From NCBI GenBank assembly GCA_005116965.1, contig SWDG01000006.1, positions 17,553 to 81,552 on the forward strand: a stretch of DNA of 64,000 bases, given 5' to 3'. The position numbers were made by a program, and so were the translations under genes. Within the stretch, counting starts at the first letter, position 1. Every line of letters begins with the position of its first letter. The notes under the pieces were generated by a model. It did not search any database. It was not told where the DNA came from and worked only from the letters and a program-made list of their open reading frames with translations. This document shows, one piece after another, positions 17,321 through 26,399 of this stretch. Origin of the DNA: Nitrospira sp. (lineage in GTDB: Bacteria > Nitrospirota > Nitrospiria > Nitrospirales > Nitrospiraceae).

Positions 17321-19612
17321 ATGAAGGATATCGACCGTCTTGCCATGCGCACTGAGTTTTGGATAATCCCCCTCCTTACGGTAGGAATTTTTGTCCTAGA
17401 CCTGTTGACGCCGGTCGGCGTGGCGGTGTCGATTTTGTATCTCATTCCACTGCTGTTGACGTATCCATCTCCCCGCACCAGGGATCCGCTCTACTTCTCT
17501 GCTGTAGCCACGGTGCTCATCTGGGCGGACGTTCTGCTGAAACCGGCTGGTCTTCCGATTCCCTACGCATTGTTCAACCGTACGTTAGGTATGATGGTCA
17601 TCTGGGTCATCGCCATCGGGCTGATTCGGTATAAGCGAACCCAGCACGAGTTGAAAACTGCACGGATTGAGCAGGCCCATGCCGAAGGTCTGATGATGGA
17701 GGCGCAAGAGGCCCGCTACTATGCGGATAGGGAAGCGGTGCGTGCCGTGGTCGGTCGTGAAGCAGCTGAAGAGCAGCTTCTGGTCAGCCAACTCAGGCTG
17801 GAGAGCATCATTGAATCCGCGATGGACGCCATCATCACAGTGGATGAGGATCAGAAAGTTGTGTTGTTCAACCGGGCGGCCGAACATCTGTTCGGCTGTT
17901 CCACTCGAGAAGCCATTGGGCAGCCGCTCGATCGATTCTTGCCGACACGCTTCCGAGACGCCCATCGTCATCATGTTCACGATTTCGGGCAAGCCGGTGT
18001 CACGAGCCGGAAGATGGGCAAACTCGGTACCGTGATGGGGTTCCGCTCGAACGGAGAGGAGTTTCCGATTGAAGCCGCGATCTCGCATATCGTTGTGGAG
18101 AGGAAGACCTACTATACCGTCATTCTCCGGGACATCACCGAACGAAAACGGGCTGAACACTCTCACCAAGAGAGCCAGCGGCAACTCGCCACCTTGATCA
18201 GCAATCTCCCAGGCTTCGTCTATCGGAGTCGGAACGATCGTAACTGGACATTCGAGTATCTCAGTGAGGGCGTGTCAGATTTGACTGGATATCCCGTCGA
18301 GGACTATCTCGTACAGCGAACGATCTCGTACGGTGCCAATACCCATCCAGGGGACCGTGAGCGCATTTGGCAGGAGGTTCAGACGGCCGTGGGGCAGCAT
18401 CGCCCGTTCGAGATGACCTACCGAGTCCTGACCAAATCGGGCGAAGTCAAATGGGTCTGGGAGCGGGGTGAAGGCATTTACGCTCAGGATGGCACACTCA
18501 ATTATTTGGAAGGGTTCGTCACCGACATCACTGAACGCAAACGAGCCGAACACTTGTTACGGCAAAGTGAAGAACGCTACCGGCGCCTGATCACCATTTC
18601 GCCCTATGCGATCTTAGTGCATCGAGGCGACCACATCATCTTTGCCAATGATCAAGCCATCAAGCTGTTCGGAGCGGTGAAGGCCGAGGAGATCCTCGAA
18701 AAGTCACCGATGGACCTGTTCCATCCTGATTATCACGTCGTCATTCGAGAGCGAATCCATGAACTGCTTGAAGGCAGAGTACAACTGCCCATGCTCGAGG
18801 AACAAATCATGACGCTCGATGGGAGGGCGATTGACGTCGAGGTCAGTACGGCGCGGTTCGTGGATGAAGAAGGTCCGGCTATCTTGGTCATGCTCCGAGA
18901 CATCAGTGAGCGGAAACGACTGCAGGAACAATTGCGTAAGACCGAGCGAATCGCCGAACTGGGTACGCTAGCCTCCGGCATGGCCCATGAAATCGGGACA
19001 CCGATGAACGTCATTCTCGGCCGTGCCGAATATCTGATGGACCGTGTGACGGAAGAGCCAGTGAAAAAAGGGCTTCAAACCATTGTCACGCAGGTTGAGC
19101 GAATTACGAAGGTGATGAATCAGTTGCTGACGTTCGCGCGACGCAACGCCCCTGAGCGGTGCCCCCTGGACCTTCGTGGAACGATAGAAGTCGGCATGGA
19201 GTTGTTTCAGGAACGTCTCGCACGAAGTCAGATCCAGGTGGAGCTAGCGTTGGCTGACGACTGTCCACTGGCGCTGGCCGATCCGGATCAGATGAGCCAG
19301 GTCTTCATCAATCTCGTGATGAACGCCGTGCATGCCATGCCGGACGGCGGAACGCTACGAATCGGCCTGGCGCCGGAGAAACACATGGTGAAACTCACGA
19401 TAGCCGATACGGGCCATGGCATTCCCCAGGATGTGATCGAAAAAGTCTTCGAGCCGTTCTTTACGACGAAAGAATTCGGTCAGGGAACAGGATTGGGACT
19501 GACCGTGGTCAAGGGCATCATCGAAGAACATCAGGGCTCCATCGTTGTTGAGAGTGGAGAAGGGAAGGGCACGACGTTTACAATTTTGCTTCCGCAAGCT
19601 GACAGCCAGTGA
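17321..19612 (+). CDS. membrane-anchored multi-PAS sensor histidine kinase
   Basis: 763 aa with N-terminal TM helices. Three repeats end in (R/T)DITERKRAE / RDISERKRL, which is typical of PAS-PAC units. The H-box is SGMAHEIGTP and the HATPase region has DTGHGIP and GTGLGL. Confidence 0.9.
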   Translation: MKDIDRLAMRTEFWIIPLLTVGIFVLDLLTPVGVAVSILYLIPLLLTYPSPRTRDPLYFSAVATVLIWADVLLKPAGLPIPYALFNRTLGMMVIWVIAIGLIRYKRTQHELKTARIEQAHAEGLMMEAQEARYYADREAVRAVVGREAAEEQLLVSQLRLESIIESAMDAIITVDEDQKVVLFNRAAEHLFGCSTREAIGQPLDRFLPTRFRDAHRHHVHDFGQAGVTSRKMGKLGTVMGFRSNGEEFPIEAAISHIVVERKTYYTVILRDITERKRAEHSHQESQRQLATLISNLPGFVYRSRNDRNWTFEYLSEGVSDLTGYPVEDYLVQRTISYGANTHPGDRERIWQEVQTAVGQHRPFEMTYRVLTKSGEVKWVWERGEGIYAQDGTLNYLEGFVTDITERKRAEHLLRQSEERYRRLITISPYAILVHRGDHIIFANDQAIKLFGAVKAEEILEKSPMDLFHPDYHVVIRERIHELLEGRVQLPMLEEQIMTLDGRAIDVEVSTARFVDEEGPAILVMLRDISERKRLQEQLRKTERIAELGTLASGMAHEIGTPMNVILGRAEYLMDRVTEEPVKKGLQTIVTQVERITKVMNQLLTFARRNAPERCPLDLRGTIEVGMELFQERLARSQIQVELALADDCPLALADPDQMSQVFINLVMNAVHAMPDGGTLRIGLAPEKHMVKLTIADTGHGIPQDVIEKVFEPFFTTKEFGQGTGLGLTVVKGIIEEHQGSIVVESGEGKGTTFTILLPQADSQ

Positions 19613-19745
19613 CTTCTATCTCCTGTGGCATCCCGCGACACCTGATCCATCCTTGACTGTGGTTTTTCTCATCAGGCGAGGCATCTTTATTCCTCATCAT
19701 GGCTTGATTTTCAAGGAATTAGCCCTACTGCTGTTCCCCTCCTCG

Positions 19746-19761
19746 TGGCATACCTCTTGCC
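19746..19761 (+). promoter_or_regulatory. candidate sigma-54 (-24/-12) promoter
   Basis: TGGCAT-ACCTC-TTGCC matches TGGCAC-N5-TTGCW in both the GG/GC invariants and the spacing. It is intergenic, ~50 nt upstream of ATG 19811. Confidence 0.55.
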
Positions 19762-19810
19762 AGTTAGCCAACCTAAGAGCGTGCGAAAGACCAGATATAG
19801 GCCGGAGAGG

Positions 19811-20209
19811 ATGTCGCGTATGACGAAGGGAAAAGCCGCTGTGTTGCTGATCGTCGAGGATGACCGTGACATGCGCAGTCTGCTATGCGATGAATTTTGC
19901 GGAACAGGATATCAGCTGCGTGAAGCAAGGGATGGGGACGAAGCCTTTCTGGCGGTTCTGCAGTCCGTGCCGGATCTGATTTTGACGGACCTACGGATGC
20001 CGGCAGGAGGAGATGATTACATCAGCCGGTTGAGAACCGTGGCACCCAGGTGTCCCATCGTTGTCATCACGGGATTCGGCGATGCGGTATTGAAAGCTCA
20101 GGTATTGAAAGCAGGAGCGAACGCGTACTTTGACAAGCCTGTCCGTGTTGCCGAGCTGAAGGCTTGTGTGCAACAATTGCTCGACCACAGACCCAGAGCT
20201 GAGAGCTGA
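19811..20209 (+). CDS. single-domain response regulator (REC)
   Basis: [11 protein letters not shown]...LILTDLRMP...AYFDKP. GGAGAGG lies upstream of ATG 19811; the ORF is open from 19745. Confidence 0.85.
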   Translation: MSRMTKGKAAVLLIVEDDRDMRSLLCDEFCGTGYQLREARDGDEAFLAVLQSVPDLILTDLRMPAGGDDYISRLRTVAPRCPIVVITGFGDAVLKAQVLKAGANAYFDKPVRVAELKACVQQLLDHRPRAES

Positions 20210-20222
20210 CGGCATAGGCCGT

Positions 20223-21632
20223 ATGCTCTTCATCTCGAGAAATGAGCCCGCTTTGTGTGACTCAGAACGCCTTGACGGATCACTGCAGACGGATCCCATC
20301 GTTGCCGCGCGAATCGAAGCAATCAAGCAGCTAGCAGACGGACTCTCGGACCGCGTGGCGGTGATGGACTCCTCATTCAACGTCGTCTATGCGAACGAGG
20401 CAGCCTGGGCTGTCGACCAGACTCACACACCTTGCCGACCTCACGCCAAATGTTATGAAGCGTTTGCGCATCGGACCGACCCTTGTGGGACCTGTCCGGC
20501 CATAAGGGTATTTGAGGCATCCGAGGTCCAGTGCGTGTCTTGTTCCAGCGGAGGAGACGGCACGGCCTGCGGGATGCAACAAGCATTTCCCTTAGCGGAT
20601 GCGAAGGGAACGGTGGCATCAATGCTGGTGCTCTTTCATCCCACACCGAAGGCTCATAGTCGAGCAACGCCGGAGGATTCCACCGGTCAGGCGGGAGGCG
20701 ACGGGCTAGGGGATTTGATCGGTCGAAGTCCGGCCATGCGGCAGCTGTTCGACATGACTCGTCTTGTGGCGGATAGTTCGGCGACCGTCCTCATACAAGG
20801 GGAGAGTGGAACGGGTAAAGAAATCCTGGCGAGAACGATTCATGTGCTCAGCAGCCGGAAAGATCAGCCGTTCGTCGTCGTCGATTGCGGATCCCTGCCA
20901 GAGACACTGCTCGAAAGTGAACTGTTTGGGCATGTGAAGGGCGCCTTCACCGGGGCGGTCGCCAATAAGCGTGGGCTCTTCGAAGAGGCAGACGGCGGGA
21001 CCATCTTTCTCGATGAGATCGCCGATACCACGCCGACCTTTCAAGCGAAGCTGCTCCGCGTCCTGCAAGAGGGCGAGATCAAGCCCGTGGGTGGAACCAG
21101 GTCGCTGAAGATCCATGCGCGGGTCCTCTCTGCCTCGAACAAAGATCTGGCCGAACTGGTGAAGGCCAAGACGTTTCGGCAGGATCTGTACTATCGACTC
21201 GCCGTATTGCCTCTCTATTTGCCGGCTCTCCGAGAACGGCGAGACGACATCCCGCTGTTAGTCCGGCACTTCGTTGCTGCTTCGTGCGCTCGACATCATC
21301 AACCGGTTCGGCAGGTCGCTGAGCGAACGATGAGGACGTTGCGCGACGCCCCGTGGCCCGGCAATGTCCGACAATTGCAGCATTACGTCGAACGGGTTGT
21401 GGTGACGACCGCCGGGCCGTGGCTCGTATGTGATGATCTCCTCGACGTCGGCACCGCTGACGAGCACGAAAGTTTACGGTCAACGTCGCGGGGGGTGGTT
21501 GCCCAGGCTGAGCGCACACGAATCGTTGACGCGCTAGAAAAGACTGCCGGAAACCGATTGAAAGCCGCCAAGTTGCTCAAGATCAGCCGAGCGAGTCTTT
21601 ATAACAAACTTCGTGCCTATAGCATCGACTAG
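20223..21632 (+). CDS. sigma-54-dependent transcriptional activator with a Cys-rich N-terminal sensor domain
   Basis: The AAA+ domain has [14 protein letters not shown] and IFLDEIAD. The C-terminus reads [20 protein letters not shown]. The N-terminal ~150 aa contain [13 protein letters not shown]...[12 protein letters not shown]...VQCVSCSS...TACG. The start is uncertain (ORF open from 20166). Confidence 0.85.
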   Translation: MLFISRNEPALCDSERLDGSLQTDPIVAARIEAIKQLADGLSDRVAVMDSSFNVVYANEAAWAVDQTHTPCRPHAKCYEAFAHRTDPCGTCPAIRVFEASEVQCVSCSSGGDGTACGMQQAFPLADAKGTVASMLVLFHPTPKAHSRATPEDSTGQAGGDGLGDLIGRSPAMRQLFDMTRLVADSSATVLIQGESGTGKEILARTIHVLSSRKDQPFVVVDCGSLPETLLESELFGHVKGAFTGAVANKRGLFEEADGGTIFLDEIADTTPTFQAKLLRVLQEGEIKPVGGTRSLKIHARVLSASNKDLAELVKAKTFRQDLYYRLAVLPLYLPALRERRDDIPLLVRHFVAASCARHHQPVRQVAERTMRTLRDAPWPGNVRQLQHYVERVVVTTAGPWLVCDDLLDVGTADEHESLRSTSRGVVAQAERTRIVDALEKTAGNRLKAAKLLKISRASLYNKLRAYSID

Positions 21633-22159
21633 CTTGTTGGTTGTCCTCGTCCAGCTCTTTCTTCAGGTCATAGCTCTCCACGTATCTCAATAGTCTACTC
21701 CATTGAAGCTCTGGATAACGGTCCGGATGCCTGCCGGAGCTGTGTAGAACCTGCGCTTCAGCTCCTGCTATCTGGCCGGACAGAGCTGAATGTGAAGGTT
21801 GTCCCTCGTGTGTTCCTTTTCGCCTTTCTTTCACGGACGGACGTCTATGGCCGTGGACAGCATAAGTGGATGATATCTAAACGATCGAGCGAGATCTCCC
21901 TTGCGATTGTCCAAACTGATGGATTGCGTTGGGCACTCCAAAAAGACGCTGATACTCGATATGAACCTCCCATCGTCGCTCTTCATACGCGAATAATTCG
22001 TTGGAGAGACGGTGAACAAGCATGGCATGAACGTTGCGGTTGTCAGAAGCATAGACAGAGGTCTGGCTCTGTCGGAGTTAGCTAGTGATTCGCCCTGTCA
22101 GTAGTTAGCTCCATTCGCTCGGGAGCGAGCGGTTGTCCTGACCGCTACGTGCCAGCGAT

Positions 22160-22200
22160 GAGGGGGTCACAGGTGAGAGTGGCCCCCTCGTTTTCTATTT
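22160..22200 (+). terminator. putative rho-independent terminator with no annotated gene upstream
   Basis: GAGGGGGTCAC (22160-22170) pairs with GTGGCCCCCTC (22179-22189), with one G-U pair, and is followed by GTTTTCTATTT. Confidence 0.45.
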
Positions 22201-22336
22201 AGTCCGGGCCAGCGGATGGCACACATGGTTTGAGTGCGAAGCAACATGCAAGACGATAGGAAACTATCTCTTGTACATGACTACCAGTGGGTGTCGGACA
22301 CGCCGTGAAGGCCGCCCGTTGGGAAAGAAGAGGCCC

Positions 22337-23194
22337 ATGCCGAGGATTAGCCCTGTGGCCGACATGGAAAGCAATCTTGTAGAAGCTGTCGAGGGGATGG
22401 ATCGCTCTCTCCTTCATCAAGCCTATTGGGATCAGAACGAGTTTCTGTTGTTGGAACAGTTTATCCCGCCGTCGGTAGTCAAGCCCTGCCTATGCGAGAC
22501 CGAGCAGCTCAGCGGTGAAGTCCATCGTAATTACGTACCCGGCCACAAGCAGGGAGGCAGCGTCAGCTCCTACGTCATTCGTGAAAAATCGCCGGTGATT
22601 TTAGCCTTATATCGGTCGCCCGCGCTTCGGACGTTCCTCAGCCGGCTGGTCGACGCTCCTCTCATGCTCTGTCCCGAAGACGATCCGCATGCCTGCGCGT
22701 TGTATTACTACACGAAGCCCGGCGACCACATCGGCTTTCACTATGACAGGTCCTACTACAAAGGCGCCCGCTATACGGTTCTCATCGGCCTAGTCGAGCA
22801 ATCCGAGCATTGCCGGTTGGTGGCGCGGGTGCATAAGGGTAAGGCTCCCACCGAGATCAGCGAAACTCGCATCCCAATGGAGCCGGGAACGATGGTGGTC
22901 TTCAACGGCGACAAACTCTGGCATGCCGTCACACCGCTTGGTGTTCAGGAACGGCGGGTGATCTTGACGCTGCAATACGTGACGGATCAGCGGATGGGGC
23001 CGCTCAAGAAACTGTTCTCCAACATGAAGGATGCGTTTGCCTACTTCGGGCCGGCCGCGCTGATGCAACGGCCCAAGGCGAAGCAGACCTCGATCAACGA
23101 CCGCGCGATGATCCGGTCCGACATGATGACCGATCATCCGACGCTGCAATTTCTCACGGGAGCATGGAGTGCATCTCTCAATCGCGATTCCTGA
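22337..23194 (+). CDS. Fe(II)/2-oxoglutarate-dependent oxygenase family protein
   Basis: Has an H-x-D in GFHYDRS and a distal His in KLWHAVTP, followed by RVILTLQY (2OG-binding Arg region). The start is uncertain (ORF open from 22271). Confidence 0.55.
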   Translation: MPRISPVADMESNLVEAVEGMDRSLLHQAYWDQNEFLLLEQFIPPSVVKPCLCETEQLSGEVHRNYVPGHKQGGSVSSYVIREKSPVILALYRSPALRTFLSRLVDAPLMLCPEDDPHACALYYYTKPGDHIGFHYDRSYYKGARYTVLIGLVEQSEHCRLVARVHKGKAPTEISETRIPMEPGTMVVFNGDKLWHAVTPLGVQERRVILTLQYVTDQRMGPLKKLFSNMKDAFAYFGPAALMQRPKAKQTSINDRAMIRSDMMTDHPTLQFLTGAWSASLNRDS

Positions 23195-23675
23195 GGCGCA
23201 GGTGGTGGAAGCCCCGGCCTTGCTGCGGATAGTCCGAATGGCGCCGGCCTGCGATGTCGAGGCTGATGAACAGGGGGCGTCGTATGTCGCGCTCTTCGAT
23301 GATTTCCCCAAATCGGTCGAAATCGTCGTACGACTGATCGAGGAGGCGTGGGACCTACACGATGTCCACATCACACTCGAAGGCAGACCCGTCGTGAGCC
23401 GGATAAACTTCTATGCCGCCCTCCGCTGCTATCACGAGAGTCTTGGTGCGCCGGATGCGGAAGCCTACTGTCTTCAGCAGGCGTCGAGTGTGAACAATGA
23501 AGCAGGGTGCCCTGATCGAGCGTGTCTGTCCCATTGTCAGTTTATGTGTTCACGATGTGTGGGACTGTCGCGCCATCAGAGTGCGCCTCCGATGTCGATT
23601 CAACTCTTGGAACTGGCGCGCCGGGCGGAAGTGGACTGGTGTCCGAACCTGCGCATCGCGAAGGTAGATGCGTGA
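23169..23675 (+). CDS. hypothetical Cys-rich protein
   Basis: 168-aa GTG ORF overlapping the oxygenase stop. The C-terminal cluster is GCPDRACLSHCQFMCSRCVG. No family recognised. Confidence 0.35.
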   Translation: MHLSIAIPEAQVVEAPALLRIVRMAPACDVEADEQGASYVALFDDFPKSVEIVVRLIEEAWDLHDVHITLEGRPVVSRINFYAALRCYHESLGAPDAEAYCLQQASSVNNEAGCPDRACLSHCQFMCSRCVGLSRHQSAPPMSIQLLELARRAEVDWCPNLRIAKVDA

Positions 23676-23860
23676 ACTAGCACATGAAGGTGAAGCGAAG
23701 CCAAGATCAGGCGTTCGCATTTCTTGTGTCTTTTGATCGGTTGAGGACGTGCGGAATTACTTATTCACCAAGCTGAGGCCTCGGGCCGGAGGGCGTCTGT
23801 CAGCTGATTGCTCGAAGGAGGGCCGTGCTCCTCGATGCATAACCAGGGAGGGGGAGTGTC

Positions 23861-24547
23861 ATGCAGGTTCAGAAGAGCAGGAGGAACATCGGAGAATGGT
23901 CTGTCGCGGCTTCGCTTGCCGCCGTGCTCGCCCTGACTAGTGTGGGAACGGCTTTGGCTGAAGATACGACCACAACAGGAAACCGCGTATTCTTTCGTGG
24001 AGGCTATGGACAGATGCTGAGTGATCGGGCTGGTGAGTTTATCACCGACGTCCATGGAGCCGGTGGTAAGAATGATGGAACCGGGGGCTATTACATCGGC
24101 GGTGGCGCGGAGCTGATGGTCACCAAGGATCTGTGGGGTATGCTGCCAGGTGTCGCGCTTGTGGGCGAGATCGGATTGGAATTCAAGCGATGGAGTTCCA
24201 GCAGTGTCGTGAGCGGAGAAGCCCTGACGCCTGTCAGCAATTTTACTCCGGCCAAGGTGCAGATGACCATGTTGACGGCAAGCGTCGCGCCGAAAGTGAA
24301 GTTCCGGCAGGGGACCGACTTCCAACCTTGGATCATTCCGGCCGGGTTGGATTTCCACGTCATCAGCCCAACATCGAGTCAGATCAATTACTTGGACATC
24401 GGGGTTCAGTTTGGTGGGGGTGCTGAGTTTCGCCTGTGGAAAGAGCTGTGGTTGGGTCTCGACAGCCGCTTCCACCTGGCCTCCAATCAAACTAACACGG
24501 TGAATAATTTCTGGACTGCCGGCATCTATGGGGCCATCGGCTTCTAA
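23861..24547 (+). CDS. outer-membrane beta-barrel protein (OmpW/OmpA-barrel-like)
   Basis: Has a signal peptide (...AAVLALTSVGTALA-EDT), alternating amphipathic strands and a C-terminal ...IYGAIGF. The SD is GGGAGGGGGA. Confidence 0.7.
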   Translation: MQVQKSRRNIGEWSVAASLAAVLALTSVGTALAEDTTTTGNRVFFRGGYGQMLSDRAGEFITDVHGAGGKNDGTGGYYIGGGAELMVTKDLWGMLPGVALVGEIGLEFKRWSSSSVVSGEALTPVSNFTPAKVQMTMLTASVAPKVKFRQGTDFQPWIIPAGLDFHVISPTSSQINYLDIGVQFGGGAEFRLWKELWLGLDSRFHLASNQTNTVNNFWTAGIYGAIGF

Positions 24548-24608
24548 ACAGCGGTGATGGTGGAGGAAGTGCCGTCATTTTATCCCTAAACCGCAGAAGC
24601 CTGTTCGC

Positions 24609-24736
24609 GGGAAGCGTATTTCGTGAAGCGTGAAGCCCGCTCCGCCGACGATGCGAGGCGAGTGCAGGACGGAAGGGGAAGGTATCTCCTCTTTATTTGC
24701 GCGATACGCTTCACGAGATACGAGCGACGAATTATC
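24609..24736. repeat. intergenic heptamer-repeat element, copy A
   Basis: Contains GAAGCGTATTTCGTGAAGCGTGAAGC (24611-24636), and 24701-24736 reads as the heptamers GCGATAC GCTTCAC GAGATAC GAGCGAC GAATTAT. It shares GAAGCGTATT with copy C and GAGATACGA-type units with copies B and C. Confidence 0.6.
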
Positions 24737-24759
24737 CAGATGTTCTACAAGGAGTTTCA

Positions 24760-25461
24760 ATGTCCATCCCTGAACAAGCCCCAGTGCCTCAGGCACCCAC
24801 ACGCCAATATGTGAACTTCATTTTCTATAAAGTCGACCCAGCCTGGCGGCGCCTACCAGAAGATGTGCGGACCCAGGGCAAACAGGAGTTCCTCCGGGCC
24901 GTGGAGGACTACAATGGCAAAGTCCTGGTGGTGCCCTATTCCACCATCGGCATTCGCGGCGACTGCGACTTTATGCTCTGGCGGATCAGCTATGATCTGG
25001 ACCTCTTCCAAGACATGAGCGCTAAGATCCTCGCCTCCGGCCTGGGGCAATACCTCACGACCCCGTATTCCTATCTCGCGATCACGAAGCGCTCGGTCTA
25101 CGTGGACCATCACACCCACGCGGGACAGGAAGGGAAACGGCTGACGGTGGTGCCGGGGAAGAGCAAATATAACTTCGTGTATCCGTTCCTGAAAACGCGC
25201 GAGTGGTTCCTGCTCACGAAGGCGGCGCGACAGGGCATGATGGATGAGCATATCGAAGTGGGCCATCGGTTTCCGTCCGTGAAGCTGAATACGGCCTATT
25301 CGTTTGGGTTGGATGATCAGGAATGGGTGGTGGCGTTTGAAAGCGATAAGCCGGAAGACTTTCTGGAACTTGTGATGGCGCTGCGAGAAACCGAAGGCTC
25401 ACGCTACACGCTGCGTGACCTAAACCGGACACTTCTCGTGCTACAAAAACCGGACAGATGA
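24760..25461 (+). CDS. chlorite dismutase-family protein (Cld-like / coproheme decarboxylase-like)
   Basis: FIFYKVDPAWRRLP..., DFMLWRISYDL, VYPFLKTREWFLL, MMDEHIEVG, WVVAFESDKPEDFLELV. AAGGAG lies upstream of ATG 24760. No signal peptide. The extreme C-terminus (RDLNRTLLVLQKPDR) looks atypical. Confidence 0.75.
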   Translation: MSIPEQAPVPQAPTRQYVNFIFYKVDPAWRRLPEDVRTQGKQEFLRAVEDYNGKVLVVPYSTIGIRGDCDFMLWRISYDLDLFQDMSAKILASGLGQYLTTPYSYLAITKRSVYVDHHTHAGQEGKRLTVVPGKSKYNFVYPFLKTREWFLLTKAARQGMMDEHIEVGHRFPSVKLNTAYSFGLDDQEWVVAFESDKPEDFLELVMALRETEGSRYTLRDLNRTLLVLQKPDR

Positions 25462-25462
25462 T

Positions 25463-26395
25463 GTGCTAGCTACAAGGGAAGTTTCGCACAGCATGTTCCC
25501 CGGCTACCCGATCCATTCCATTACCAACGGAGTGCACGCGATGACGTGGACCGCTCCATCATTCCAGAAACTCTTCGATACCCATCTGCCGGACTGGCGG
25601 CGCGATCAACTCTCGCTGCGCTATGCCGTGAGTATTCCCACCTCGGACATCTGGGCGGCCCATGTGGAAGCCAAGCGTACGTTGGTCGAACATGTGAATC
25701 GGGAAGCGAATGCGGGTTTTGATCGCGAAGTATTGACGATTGGATTTGCCCGTCGGTTTGCGGCCTACAAACGGGCCGGCATGATCTTTCAGGATCTCGC
25801 GCGGCTCAAGCAGATTGTCCGAGCGGCGGGGCCGATCCAGATCGTCTTTGCCGGCAAGGCGCATCCGCATGACCGCGAGGGCAAGGACCTGATCGCGCAT
25901 ATTCATGAGATGCGTGACGCGCTGCACGGGAGTATCAACGTTGCCTACCTGACCAACTATGATATGGAGGTGGCCAAGATGTTCTGTGCCGGTGTGGATG
26001 TGTGGCTCAATACACCGTTACCTCCGCTGGAGGCATCGGGAACGAGTGGGATGAAGGCGGCGATGAACGGAGTACCGAGTCTGAGTGTGCTGGACGGCTG
26101 GTGGATCGAAGGCCATCTCGAAGGCGTAACCGGTTGGTCGATCGGCGATCGAGTGGAAGCTTGTATGGAGCCTGGTGGAGGCATGGATTCCTTCCATGCT
26201 GCAGCGCTGTACGACAAGCTAGAACAAAAAGTGTTGCCCTGTTTCTACAAGGACCGTGAACGTTTTATCGAAATCATGCGGCAGGCCATTGCATTGAACG
26301 GTGGGTTCTTCAATACTCAGAGAATGATGGCCCAGTATCTTCACGACGCCTATCGGCTGGGGCAATCCCCAGTGGTGCAGCCGGGGTCGGCGTGA
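25463..26395 (+). pseudogene. glgP: alpha-glucan phosphorylase (GT35), C-terminal half only
   Basis: 310 aa starting inside the family at ...REVSHSMFPGYPIHSITNGVHAMTW and including the PLP-Lys region LEASGTSGMKAAMNGV. The N-terminal ~300 aa of the family (GGLG.LAGD region) is absent. The start abuts the stop of the preceding gene. Confidence 0.75.
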
Positions 26396-26399
26396 CACG

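Noticed and set aside
23765-24490. 241-aa minus-strand ORF opposite the outer-membrane barrel gene
   Set aside because: The plus-strand frame has a signal peptide, an SD, beta-strand periodicity and a terminal Phe. The minus frame has none of these features.
24760-25461. Calling this gene a functional chlorite dismutase
   Set aside because: There is no signal peptide, and the overall pattern resembles the Cld-like/coproheme decarboxylase clade. The distal Arg cannot be verified by eye, so only a family-level call is made.
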